Shown here: positions 8,717-17,474 of the stretch, one piece after another
How the letters are laid out: each line of letters opens with the position of its first letter
Numbering within the stretch: position 1 is the stretch's first letter
Notes under the pieces: model-generated
The model's database searches: none
The model's input: only the letters and a program-made list of their open reading frames with translations
What the model was told of the DNA's origin: nothing
Assembly: GCA_963675515.1 (NCBI GenBank)
Contig: OY776328.1
Location: 2,220,001 to 2,252,000, forward strand
From: Coprobacillaceae bacterium
GTDB lineage: Bacteria > Bacillota_I > Bacilli_A > Erysipelotrichales > Coprobacillaceae
Reading direction: 5' to 3'
Length of the DNA: 32,000 nucleotides
Made by a program: the position numbers and the translations under genes

Positions 8717-9633
8717 TGATATTCGCGAATTTCTTCTAGTATCTTCGCAATGGTCAGCGACTTGTTGTAAGTCATTATCTTGTCTTCATAGTAGTTCTTG
8801 GTAAAGGCGATAACCTGAGAGTACAGGTCGTCGTACTCGTAATCCTGATGGTATCTGGTGATATGGTCCTGGATCAGCGAGAATTCGACGGCCCGGTGCA
8901 TTATCGGCACTTCGATGATGCCCTTGTCACCGATGATTTTCATCATGGAGTCCTTCTTGCGGTCGATGCCGCATTCGACGATGGCCGGCACCCCGTTGAA
9001 ATCGATCATTGCCAGGGTGTATAGGTTGACCCCTTCCTTCTCGTTCTTTTTGACATCCTTTATCTGGTACTCAACCCCGAGCAGGTCGACCAGGCATGCG
9101 ACATTGTAGACCCCGATATCGTACAGGGCCCCGCCGCAGACTGGGTTGTAAAGGTATGAATCGAAACGCTCGTCAAGGTTGCAGATGCATGTCTCCACCT
9201 TGATGATCCGCCCGATCGGCTCTTTTTCAAGCACTTCCTTTAATTTGCGGTAAGCCGGAGTGTACAGGCTCTTGAGCGCCTCCATGACCTTGACCCCTTT
9301 TTCCTTGGCCAGAGAGATCAGCTCCTGGGTCTGTAGAAGCGACATCGTCATCGGTTTTTCAATAAGGACCGGAATGCCCTTGTCGAGGACTTCCCTGGCG
9401 ATCTGGAAATGGGAATCATGAGGTGTGGCGATATAGATGAAATTGAGATCCTGCTTGAGCATCTCATGATAGTCATCATAGCTGTGGGGCACGTTGAAAT
9501 GGGCCGCCACGCTCTGGGCCTTTTGCATGTTCCTAGAAGAGATGGCATACACTTCCTGGCCATCGATATTATTGATTGTCTTTAAAAATCTGGTTGCAAT
9601 ATTACCTGCACCAATCACTCCCCAACGGATCAT
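8710..9633 (-). CDS. Gfo/Idh/MocA-family NAD(P)-dependent oxidoreductase
   Basis: Rossmann motif MIRWGVIGAGNIATRF and the EKP motif (VLIEKPM). I place the start at the ATG at 9633, preceded by SD AAAGGAGGAAA and overlapping the mutM TGA by 1 nt. The track start at 9654 lacks an SD. Confidence 0.8.
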   Translation of the reverse strand: MIRWGVIGAGNIATRFLKTINNIDGQEVYAISSRNMQKAQSVAAHFNVPHSYDDYHEMLKQDLNFIYIATPHDSHFQIAREVLDKGIPVLIEKPMTMSLLQTQELISLAKEKGVKVMEALKSLYTPAYRKLKEVLEKEPIGRIIKVETCICNLDERFDSYLYNPVCGGALYDIGVYNVACLVDLLGVEYQIKDVKKNEKEGVNLYTLAMIDFNGVPAIVECGIDRKKDSMMKIIGDKGIIEVPIMHRAVEFSLIQDHITRYHQDYEYDDLYSQVIAFTKNYYEDKIMTYNKSLTIAKILEEIREYQC

Positions 9634-10442
9634 CACGATTTCCTCCTTTGACATTTAGGGCAATAGTAAGTCGAACGCCCTTTGATTTTTTCTTTCCTGA
9701 TTTCACTATGACATACTTTACATTCTTTTTGAAGATGAACTTGCAAACTGACCTGGAATAAACCGTCGATTCCGTTGGCCGAAAACGAATGGATGGTGGT
9801 TCCCCCTTGGGCGATTGCCGCTTCGAGTATCTTGGAGCTTGCCTGGATAAGCTGTTCCACCCTTTTTAACGTCAGGTTCTTCCCCGGGGTGAACGGGTCG
9901 ATCCCCATGGCAAAACAGATCTCATTGGCGTAGATATTACCGATCCCCGCCATTATCGTCTGGTCAAGGAGCAGATGTTTGATTGGCATATCCGACTTGT
10001 GGATCCGCTGGTAAACGGCTTTGGGATCGGCACAAAAAGGCTCCGCACCCAGCTTGCAAAGGGGCAGCTGGTTCTTGTAGTCGCTTTTCGAGGAGAGCAC
10101 CATCCGGCCGAACTTGCGCGTGTCATTGTAGCTTAGATATGACCCGTCATCAAGATGGAAAATGATGTGGTCATGCTTGGAGAATTCCGGCTTGTTTAGG
10201 ATATTGTATTTGCCTTCCATGCGCAGATGGGATACAAAGGCAGTGTCCTCAAGAACGAAGATCAGGTATTTGCCCACACGGTCAAGATCCGTTATTTTCT
10301 GGTTGATGACCGCCTGCTTGAACTCTTCAAGGTCGTTTTCAATGATGCGGGGATAGTTGACTTGGATGTCGACTATCCGCTTGTTGATGACGAAATTCTT
10401 CAATGTGTTTTTTACTGTTTCCACTTCTGGCAATTCGGGCAT
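9633..10442 (-). CDS. mutM: Formamidopyrimidine-DNA glycosylase (Fpg/MutM)
   Basis: 269 aa with N-terminal MPELPEVETV (catalytic Pro2/Glu3), an H2TH region and a C-terminal zinc finger CKVCHSEI...YYCPKCQ. Confidence 0.92.
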   Translation of the reverse strand: MPELPEVETVKNTLKNFVINKRIVDIQVNYPRIIENDLEEFKQAVINQKITDLDRVGKYLIFVLEDTAFVSHLRMEGKYNILNKPEFSKHDHIIFHLDDGSYLSYNDTRKFGRMVLSSKSDYKNQLPLCKLGAEPFCADPKAVYQRIHKSDMPIKHLLLDQTIMAGIGNIYANEICFAMGIDPFTPGKNLTLKRVEQLIQASSKILEAAIAQGGTTIHSFSANGIDGLFQVSLQVHLQKECKVCHSEIRKEKIKGRSTYYCPKCQRRKS

Positions 10443-10450
10443 TATTTCAC

Positions 10451-13057
10451 CTATTTAAGATCATACCAGTTCTTGGCATGATTTCCTTCCACTTTCAATT
10501 CGACTTTGAGATCATATGCTTCCTTCATTCCCTTGACGGCCAGGGCTTCGACAAGCTCGAGCTCATCTTCAAGCACATCGAATATGAGCTCATCGTGCAC
10601 CTGCAGGATCAGCTTCGATTTGAGCTTGTGTTTCTTGAATGATTCGCTCACCTTGATCATGGCCAGCTTCAAAATATCGGCCGCCGAACCCTGGATTGGC
10701 GAGTTCATCGCCAGCCGTTCTCCCAGCTGCTGGCGGATCCGGTTCTTTTCATTTATTTCGGGAATGAACCGCTTGCGGTTGCAGATGGTCGTCACATAGC
10801 CTTGCTTCTTGCATTTTGCGATATTGTCGTCCATATAGGTCTTGATCTGCGGGTACTTCTGGAAATAGCTGTCGATATATTCCTTGGCCTCATTGCGGCT
10901 CACATTGATCTGGGTTGCCAGACCGAAGTCAGAGATGCCATATATGATTCCGAAGTTTACCGCCTTGGCGTTGTGACGCATCTGGCTGGTCACCTGGTCA
11001 TAAGGAACATTGAATACCTCGCTGGCAGTGTAGCGGTGGATGTCCTGGTCCTCGTTGAAGGCTTTGATAAGCGGTTCGACGTTGGCCAGGTGGGCCAATA
11101 CCCGCAGTTCGATCTGCGAGTAGTCGTATGAGACAAGATAATCATTGGCGGGAATGAAGGCCTTGCGGATCAGCTTTCCTTCGGGAGTGCGGACCGGGAT
11201 ATTCTGGAGGTTGGGATCGGTCGACGAGAGCCGGCCGGTCTGGGTCAGCGCCTGGTTGTAGATGGTGTGGATCTTTCCGTCGCCAAACACCTGTTCTTGC
11301 AGGCCGGTCACATAGGTCGATACCAGCTTGGTCAAGCGGCGGTACTCAAGGATCAGATCGATGATGCGATGGTCGTCCCGCAGTTTTTCAAGTACATCCA
11401 CATTTGTGGAATATCCCGTTTTGGTCTTCTTGAAGCTTTTAAGACCCAGTTCCTCGAACAGGACCACCCCTAACTGCTTGGGCGAAGCGATAGTGAACTC
11501 GTGTCCGGCACACTCGTAGATCCCTCTGGTAAGTTCCTCGATGCGTGCCAAAAATGTCTTTTCAAGTTCCTTCAATACGCTAATGTCGACCTTGGCTCCA
11601 AAAAACTCCATTTCCGCCAGGATGTCGCTTACCGGCATTTCTATATTGGCATAAAGCTCTTCCTGTCCCGAGACTTTGAGCTGTTCGATCAGCTTGTCTT
11701 TAACTTTCCTGATCCCATCAGCCTGCAAGCAGAGATGGCGCGCCAGGATCGCCTGGTCGGGAACATGCTTTTTGGCCCCTTTGCCGTAGATGTTTTCATC
11801 ATAATCGATCGGTGATGCGATATAGTTGTCAACCACGTACTTGATTTCGTCCTTGGTCGCGGGATTGAGGATATAGGCCGCCAGCTGGACATCGAAGTCC
11901 ACCCCGTCAAGCTCAAGCGAGTTCCATCTCAGGGCCAGCCGGGTTTTTTTCATGTCGTAGACGGTCTTTTTGATCTTCTCATCTTCGAGCATCGCCTTGA
12001 AATTCGAATCTGCGATGGCGTTTTCAAAAGAGATGTAGTAAGCCTTATTTTTGGTCGCAATACCGAATCCCAGCACCGGAGACTTGTGGTAGTTTGAATC
12101 ATATACCGCCACCGCCAATGCGATGTCGTCCAGGTCTTCAGGACAGGTATCGACAATCGAATAATCGAATTCATGGGGTTTATAATCATCACGGCTGCCC
12201 ATCTTCTTAAGCAGGGAATTCATGTCATAGCGCTTGTAGAAATCCGCCAGGGTGTCATAATCATAGCCTTTGTATTCATACCTGGCCAGGTCAATATCCA
12301 GTTCGACATCGGTGATGATTGTGGCGATTTTCTTGGAAAGAAGCCCCTGGTCGATAAACGTCGCGATCTTTTCCTTGAGCTTGCCTTTGAGCTTGTCGAT
12401 GTTGTTTGCCAGGTTTTCAATCGTGTCGTATTCATGAAGCAGTTTCAAGGCCGTTTTCTCGCCGACACCCGGAATCCCCGGGATATTGTCGGCTTTGTCG
12501 CCCATAAGACCCTTGAGATCGCGCATCCGATCAGGGACAAGCTGATATTGTTCAAAAAAGGCCGCCTCATCCATGACCTGGATGTCGTTGACCCCTTTTC
12601 GGGTGAGAAGCACATGGACATTGGGCTTGATGAGCTGGAGCATGTCCTTGTCGCTTGTGATTATGTCGACCTGGATTCCCTCCTGGGAAAGCCTCGTCGC
12701 CACAGTACCGATGATGTCGTCACCCTCATAGCCTTCGACTTCCTCGAAGTCGATGCCATGGGCCGTGAGATATTCCCGGACCATCGAAAACTGAACGTTG
12801 AGCTCGTCGGGAGCGGAAGTCCGCGTCTGCTTGTAGACATCGAAAAGCTCGTTTCTAAACGTCTTCTTGCCGTAGTCGAAGGCGACAAACACGTATTTGG
12901 GTTCCTGTTTCAACAGATTCTCCATCATGTTCGAAAAGCCGTACACCGCATTGGTGGGGACTCCGTCCTTGTTCATCATCAGGTTGCCCATCGCGGCAGT
13001 CGCATAGTATGCCCGATAAAGCAGACTGTTGCCATCTATAATTATAATTCTATCCAT
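10451..13057 (-). CDS. polA: DNA polymerase I
   Basis: 868 aa. It has the 5'-3' exonuclease N-terminus (IIDGNSLLYRAYYA), pol motif A (DYSQIELRVLAH), motif B (RHNAKAVNFGIIYG) and motif C (LQVHDELIF). SD GAAGGAG is present. Confidence 0.95.
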   Translation of the reverse strand: MDRIIIIDGNSLLYRAYYATAAMGNLMMNKDGVPTNAVYGFSNMMENLLKQEPKYVFVAFDYGKKTFRNELFDVYKQTRTSAPDELNVQFSMVREYLTAHGIDFEEVEGYEGDDIIGTVATRLSQEGIQVDIITSDKDMLQLIKPNVHVLLTRKGVNDIQVMDEAAFFEQYQLVPDRMRDLKGLMGDKADNIPGIPGVGEKTALKLLHEYDTIENLANNIDKLKGKLKEKIATFIDQGLLSKKIATIITDVELDIDLARYEYKGYDYDTLADFYKRYDMNSLLKKMGSRDDYKPHEFDYSIVDTCPEDLDDIALAVAVYDSNYHKSPVLGFGIATKNKAYYISFENAIADSNFKAMLEDEKIKKTVYDMKKTRLALRWNSLELDGVDFDVQLAAYILNPATKDEIKYVVDNYIASPIDYDENIYGKGAKKHVPDQAILARHLCLQADGIRKVKDKLIEQLKVSGQEELYANIEMPVSDILAEMEFFGAKVDISVLKELEKTFLARIEELTRGIYECAGHEFTIASPKQLGVVLFEELGLKSFKKTKTGYSTNVDVLEKLRDDHRIIDLILEYRRLTKLVSTYVTGLQEQVFGDGKIHTIYNQALTQTGRLSSTDPNLQNIPVRTPEGKLIRKAFIPANDYLVSYDYSQIELRVLAHLANVEPLIKAFNEDQDIHRYTASEVFNVPYDQVTSQMRHNAKAVNFGIIYGISDFGLATQINVSRNEAKEYIDSYFQKYPQIKTYMDDNIAKCKKQGYVTTICNRKRFIPEINEKNRIRQQLGERLAMNSPIQGSAADILKLAMIKVSESFKKHKLKSKLILQVHDELIFDVLEDELELVEALAVKGMKEAYDLKVELKVEGNHAKNWYDLK

Positions 13058-13069
13058 TGGATTCTCCTT

Positions 13070-16000
13070 CTATACTCTAATCAGTGAGCTGACTATTATC
13101 TGCAGCTCGCGCGAGTAGTCGACCCGGCCTTCGATGACCACATTCGACCCCCGCACCAGACTCTTGGAAAAGCGCTGGTAGCTTTCATTGAACAGCACTC
13201 CAGAAATGCCGGCTGTCTCATCCTGGCCTTCGATAAAGGCCATATTGTTGCCGTTTTTGTCCTGGATCACCTTGACCCGGGTCAGGTTCACCAATATCCG
13301 CACCTTCTGGTTGATATGGCCGGACAGGTCGATCACATCGATATCCACATGGTGGGACTGTTTTAGATTGGCCAGGGGATGGGAACTGAGATACACACCC
13401 AGGGCCTGTTTTTCCAGTTCGAGGTTGATTGCGGCCTGTTTTTTTGACCCCCAGTCGTCCTGATAGGCGACTTCCAGATCACCCATGGCGAACTTGTCAA
13501 GATTGAATTTCTTGATGTTTTCATACCGGGCCACATGGGCGAAAAGATTCTCCTTGATTTCGTGGGGCGGATGGTTGAACTCCTTGAAGCAGCCCGCATC
13601 GATCAGTGCCATCATTGTCGCCTGGTTGATCTTGTTGTCCATCCGGTAGATGAAATCATCGATGCTTTCAAACGGCTTGTCACCCCGGACCTGCTCTAGC
13701 TTCAAATAGAATGCCTGACCGACATTCCTGATTGCCACCAGCGAAAAGCGGATGTTGCCGTTTTCCACGGAGAAATAGTTGTAGGAATAGTTGATTGAAG
13801 GCGGCAGGATCTTTATGTTGAGCCTGCGGCACTCGGAGATGGCCTTGATCAAGGTCTTGGTGTTGGACGAATCATTGGTCAAAATAGCACTGTAGAACTC
13901 AAGCGGAAAATTCGCTTTGAGATAGGCCAGATAGTAGGCCACATAGGCGTAAGAGACGCTGTGGGCCTTGTTGAAGCCATAATTCGCAAATTTCAGGATC
14001 ACCTCAAAAGACCTGTTGGCCTGCGACATCGAGTAGCCGTTGCTTAGCGCCCCCTGGATGTACTCATCTTTCAGTTCCAGCATGCCCGACGCCTGTTTTT
14101 TGGACATCGCCTTGCGCAGCTTGTCGGCTTTTGAAAGGGAGAAAGAGGCTATCTTCTGGACCGCAAGCATTATCTGTTCCTGGTAGATCATTATGCCATA
14201 TGTAGATTGAAGAATCGGTTTCAAATCATCGATGATATAGTCGACTGGCGCTTCGCCTTTTTTGCGGGCGATATAGTCGGGAATGTTTTCCATGGGACCC
14301 GGGCGGTACAGGGCGATTGCCGCGATGATGTCGTCGAGACTTGACACATGCATCCGTTTGATCAGATCGGTCATACCGCTTGATTCAAGCTGGAATATCC
14401 CGAGGGTATTGCCATGGGACAGCAGGTTGAATGTCTTCGAATCGTCGAAGCCGATCTCGTTGATTGCCACCTTGACACCGCGGTTGATTTCAACCTGTTC
14501 GACAATCGACTTGATAACGCTGAGGTTGCGCAGACCCAGAAAATCCATTTTCAAAAATCCAGCCTCTTCGATATAGTCCTTGGAATATTGCACGACCCGA
14601 AGACCGTTGTTGATTGAAAGGGGCGCCACTTCAAGCAGATTGCTCGAGGAAAGGACGATACCGGCGGCATGGGTCGAGGCGTTCTTGGGTATCTTTTCAA
14701 CCAGGGCGCAGCTGTGGAGAATCTTGGCCATTGCCGGATTCGATTCCACCAGGGACGCGAAATGGTTGGAGCTGTTGTACACTTCCATGATTGACTTCCT
14801 GTTTTTAGGACCGGTCGGCACCTGTTTCGAAAGCATCTCAAGATAAGGCAGGGAAAGACCCATGACCTTGCCTAGATCCTTGATGGCGACCCGGGGGCCG
14901 TAAGAAGAGAACGTGACGATTCCCGCCACATGGTCGACTCCGTATTTGTCGATGACGTAGTTTACGACCTCGTCGCGACGGGTGTCCTGGAAATCGATGT
15001 CGATATCGGGCATGGATATCCGATCGACATTCAAGAAACGTTCGAAAAGAAGGTCATATCTGATGGGATCGATGTTCGTTATGCCAAGGCAATATGAAAC
15101 AAGCGACCCGGCCGCCGAACCCCGACCCGGCCCGACCAGGATCTTGTTTTTCTTGGCGTACTGGACATAGTCATAGACAATCAGGAAGTAATCGTCGAAG
15201 CCCATCTTGTGGATTATTTCAAGCTCCTCATCGAGGCGCTGCATGTATCTGGGAGTGATCTGGTCGTTGAAGCGTTTTTTCAGACCGACATGACAGAGAA
15301 TATTCAGGTATTTTTGCGCAGTCTGGTTTGGGGCCAGGGGATATTTTGGCAGGTGAGCCTCCATGTTTCCAAGGTCCACATTGCAACTGTCAATAAACTC
15401 GTCGACATTGGTATTCACCTGGTCGTCGAAAAGGGCGCTTAGTTCACCAGGACCCTTGAGGTAGTGACAAGGATTGCTTGGTTCGTCATGGACCGATAGG
15501 GTCGCCCCGGTAAGGCTCGCTTCAAGCAGGTCGCAGGCAAATGCGTCATTTGGCTCGAGGTATCTTACCTTGTTGTAGCCCAGCAGCCTGACATCATGTT
15601 TGCCGGCCAGCTCGACAAGCTCGCTGTTGATCCGGTTTTCAAGTTCAAGCATGGAAACCGAGATTCCGATAAAGAAATTTTCCTTGAAATACTCCTTGAA
15701 CATCAACAGGTTGCTTTCAGCGCGCTGGGGCATCATCCGCTTGAGAGAATAGGCGATCAGGCCGTTGTAGTCGCCGGCAACCACGTAGAGATTTTTCGCT
15801 TTTTTTGCGAGCACTTCCAAGTCGATGGCATCCAGGCCATTTGTATTGATGATCGAAGTTATCCCCACCAGTTCCAGGTAGCCCTGGTAGTTCCTGGCGT
15901 AAAGAAGCAGCGGATAAGCCTGAGATTCGATCAGCACGCTCGCACACAGTCCAAGCAGCCCCTTGATCCCGGCTTTGTGGCATTCATGGTAGAATTCCAG

Positions 16001-16138
16001 GGCGCCATACATATTGTTCACATCGCATATTCCCAGAGCCTTAATATTCAATTGTTTGGCTTTAGCGACCAGTTCCTTTATCAGGATGGTGCTTTTTTGA
16101 AACGAGTAGCTCGTTACAACGTTTATATTCCCATTCAT
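13070..16138 (-). CDS. dnaE: DNA polymerase III alpha subunit, DnaE type
   Basis: About 1022 aa. Motifs include GPGRGSAAGSLVSYCLGITNIDP, PDIDIDF, FLKMDFLGLRNL and YGFNKAHS. The start is set at ATG 16138, preceded by SD AAGGTGA and an extended -10 TGaTATAAT (16155-16163). The track start at 16327 would run through the EamA terminator. Confidence 0.9.
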   Translation of the reverse strand: MNGNINVVTSYSFQKSTILIKELVAKAKQLNIKALGICDVNNMYGALEFYHECHKAGIKGLLGLCASVLIESQAYPLLLYARNYQGYLELVGITSIINTNGLDAIDLEVLAKKAKNLYVVAGDYNGLIAYSLKRMMPQRAESNLLMFKEYFKENFFIGISVSMLELENRINSELVELAGKHDVRLLGYNKVRYLEPNDAFACDLLEASLTGATLSVHDEPSNPCHYLKGPGELSALFDDQVNTNVDEFIDSCNVDLGNMEAHLPKYPLAPNQTAQKYLNILCHVGLKKRFNDQITPRYMQRLDEELEIIHKMGFDDYFLIVYDYVQYAKKNKILVGPGRGSAAGSLVSYCLGITNIDPIRYDLLFERFLNVDRISMPDIDIDFQDTRRDEVVNYVIDKYGVDHVAGIVTFSSYGPRVAIKDLGKVMGLSLPYLEMLSKQVPTGPKNRKSIMEVYNSSNHFASLVESNPAMAKILHSCALVEKIPKNASTHAAGIVLSSSNLLEVAPLSINNGLRVVQYSKDYIEEAGFLKMDFLGLRNLSVIKSIVEQVEINRGVKVAINEIGFDDSKTFNLLSHGNTLGIFQLESSGMTDLIKRMHVSSLDDIIAAIALYRPGPMENIPDYIARKKGEAPVDYIIDDLKPILQSTYGIMIYQEQIMLAVQKIASFSLSKADKLRKAMSKKQASGMLELKDEYIQGALSNGYSMSQANRSFEVILKFANYGFNKAHSVSYAYVAYYLAYLKANFPLEFYSAILTNDSSNTKTLIKAISECRRLNIKILPPSINYSYNYFSVENGNIRFSLVAIRNVGQAFYLKLEQVRGDKPFESIDDFIYRMDNKINQATMMALIDAGCFKEFNHPPHEIKENLFAHVARYENIKKFNLDKFAMGDLEVAYQDDWGSKKQAAINLELEKQALGVYLSSHPLANLKQSHHVDIDVIDLSGHINQKVRILVNLTRVKVIQDKNGNNMAFIEGQDETAGISGVLFNESYQRFSKSLVRGSNVVIEGRVDYSRELQIIVSSLIRV

Positions 16139-16234
16139 ATCATCACCTTGTGTCATTATATCATAATTTGCCATCCGGTTGTATTTGGATACTGCAAAAA
16201 GTGCGGATGTTTGGCTCAACTTCGCTTGTGAAAC

Positions 16235-16262
16235 AAAAAAGGTCCCGCTAAGGGGAAACCTT
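16235..16262 (-). terminator. Possible terminator of the EamA gene, overlapping its stop codon
   Basis: Minus strand shows AAGGT(tt)CCC-cttagc-GGGACCTT followed by tttttt. The stem is bulged. Confidence 0.35.
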
Positions 16263-17150
16263 CTTTTTGGGCCTGGACGCCAGGATGAAGATCGTAGCCA
16301 GGACCATCGCGAAACCAAGATAGTCAAGGGCGATGAAATCCAGATCGAACATCATTACCGACAGGACCAGTGAGGTCAGCGGTTCGAACGAACCAAGCAT
16401 GCTCGCATCCATCGCACCCACCAGCGATGAGCCATGGAGATACAGGCCAAATCCGCCCAGGGTTCCGACCACCACGATGACAAGGGCTGCCATGTACCCG
16501 GCAAAATCCAGATTCAGAGTGAAAATATTCACCCTGTTGAATACCATCAGTGCCACACCGCCAATCCCCATGGCATACCCGATCACAAGCAAGACCCCGT
16601 ATCGGGCGATCAGCCTTACGGGAATAAGCATGTACAGGGCCAGACCCAGGGCGGCATTGAACCCCCAGAAAATCCCCTGAGGCGATATTGCCAACGAGTT
16701 GACATTGCCGTGGGTCACAAGCAGGAACACCCCGCCTATAGCCAGGACCATCGAGAGCGACTCTTGCAGATCCGGCAGGGATTTGCGACGAAGGCAAAGG
16801 TAAACCAGGATCAGGATGGGCCCGAGGTACTGGATCACCGTTGCCGTAGGCGCATTTGAATGGTAGATGGCGGCGATATAGGCATACTGGCAAAAAAGCA
16901 GACCGAATATGGAAAAGACAAACAGGACAAAGGTGTCATGTCTGTTCTTGAATATCGCGTACATTTCCCTGCCCTTCTGGATCCGCAGAATCGGCAAGAG
17001 GATCAATGCCGTGAAAATCATCCTGATCACCGTGACCTGGGCCGAGGTCACATCATAGTTTTCAAAAAAATACTGGGAACATATTCCCGAAACGCCCCAA
17101 GAGGCAGCGCCAGCTATGCATGACAAATAGCCAATCAACTTGTTCGACAT
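16248..17150 (-). CDS. DMT-superfamily (EamA-type) transporter
   Basis: About 300 aa with roughly 10 hydrophobic helices in a two-EamA-repeat layout. The start is set at ATG 17150 with SD AAAGGAG at 7-nt spacing. The track start at 17180 is a TTG inside the promoter. Confidence 0.85.
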   Translation of the reverse strand: MSNKLIGYLSCIAGAASWGVSGICSQYFFENYDVTSAQVTVIRMIFTALILLPILRIQKGREMYAIFKNRHDTFVLFVFSIFGLLFCQYAYIAAIYHSNAPTATVIQYLGPILILVYLCLRRKSLPDLQESLSMVLAIGGVFLLVTHGNVNSLAISPQGIFWGFNAALGLALYMLIPVRLIARYGVLLVIGYAMGIGGVALMVFNRVNIFTLNLDFAGYMAALVIVVVGTLGGFGLYLHGSSLVGAMDASMLGSFEPLTSLVLSVMMFDLDFIALDYLGFAMVLATIFILASRPKKKVSP

Positions 17151-17179
17151 TGAAATTCTCCTTTTTATCAGCTTGCGCA

Positions 17180-17209
17180 ATTATAACATGATTAACCGGG
17201 ATTAGTGAA
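17180..17209 (-). promoter_or_regulatory. Candidate sigmaA promoter of the EamA gene
   Basis: Minus strand reads TTCACT-18 nt-TGtTATAAT (extended -10), leaving a leader of about 25 nt. Confidence 0.5.
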
Positions 17210-17444
17210 CCCGCAATGCATGAAAACCGCATTATTTTGTGGAATAAGTGCTTCGAGGCTTGCAGGCCAGGATGAAGATATCCGCCAGGTTAAAAAACAT
17301 CAATGCCAATCAGACTCGTGAAAAAAAGCATACCTAACGCCTTTTGAAAAACAAGTGGACCCGGATCACATTGTAGACAAAGCTATCTTTCTTGATGTCT
17401 GTTCAATTCTATCAAATCCAGCACCCGGGATAAAGGGGCTCGAG

Positions 17445-17474
17445 GCCAAAAAAAAGCACAAAATTTTGTGCTTT
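17445..17474 (-). terminator. Rho-independent terminator of the CNNM / RlmCD-like transcription unit
   Basis: Perfect palindrome aaagcacaaaa/ttttgtgcttt overlaps the stop codon and has an 8-9-nt T-run on the minus strand. Confidence 0.7.

Noticed and set aside
12173-13087. 304-aa plus-strand ORF antisense to the polA 5' half, running into the dnaE 3' end.
   Set aside because: It lies entirely opposite two confidently identified genes and has no SD or promoter. Its composition (L/V/D/F/H-rich) is typical of the stop-poor antisense frame of a coding region, and it crosses an intergenic gap without any signal.
15596-16231. 211-aa plus-strand ORF antisense to the dnaE N-terminus.
   Set aside because: This is the same antisense-frame artefact. 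It has no translation signals and overlaps the dnaE SD and promoter region.
16139-16327. 5' extension of the dnaE ORF to 16327, as given in the track (1085 aa).
   Set aside because: The extension overlaps the EamA stop and terminator and encodes W/R/S-rich non-homologous sequence. ATG 16138 has an SD (AAGGTGA) and an upstream extended -10. Similar track over-extensions were trimmed for EamA (17180 to 17150), the oxidoreductase (9654 to 9633), the hypothetical protein (29269 to 29233), yceD (25383 to 25374) and pbpB (22811 to 22784).
16324-16893. 189-aa minus-strand alternative-frame ORF, and 115- and 141-aa plus-strand ORFs, all inside the EamA gene.
   Set aside because: They have Arg/Pro/Gly-rich nonsense composition. 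The EamA frame gives a coherent 10-helix membrane protein with a proper SD.
17215-17445. Possible decayed 3' fragment of a second EamA paralog upstream of the intact gene. A short frame reads MFFNLADIFILACKPRSTYSTK-stop, resembling the EamA C-terminus ATIFILASRPKKK, and shares a 14-nt exact match (atcttcatcctggc).
   Set aside because: The similarity is confined to about 40 nt. An exact 14-mer match is expected a few times by chance in an all-against-all comparison of 32 kb. The apparent upstream LEPL match is not collinear, being about 72 nt too far away. I leave this as an unexplained spacer of about 265 bp rather than a called pseudogene.
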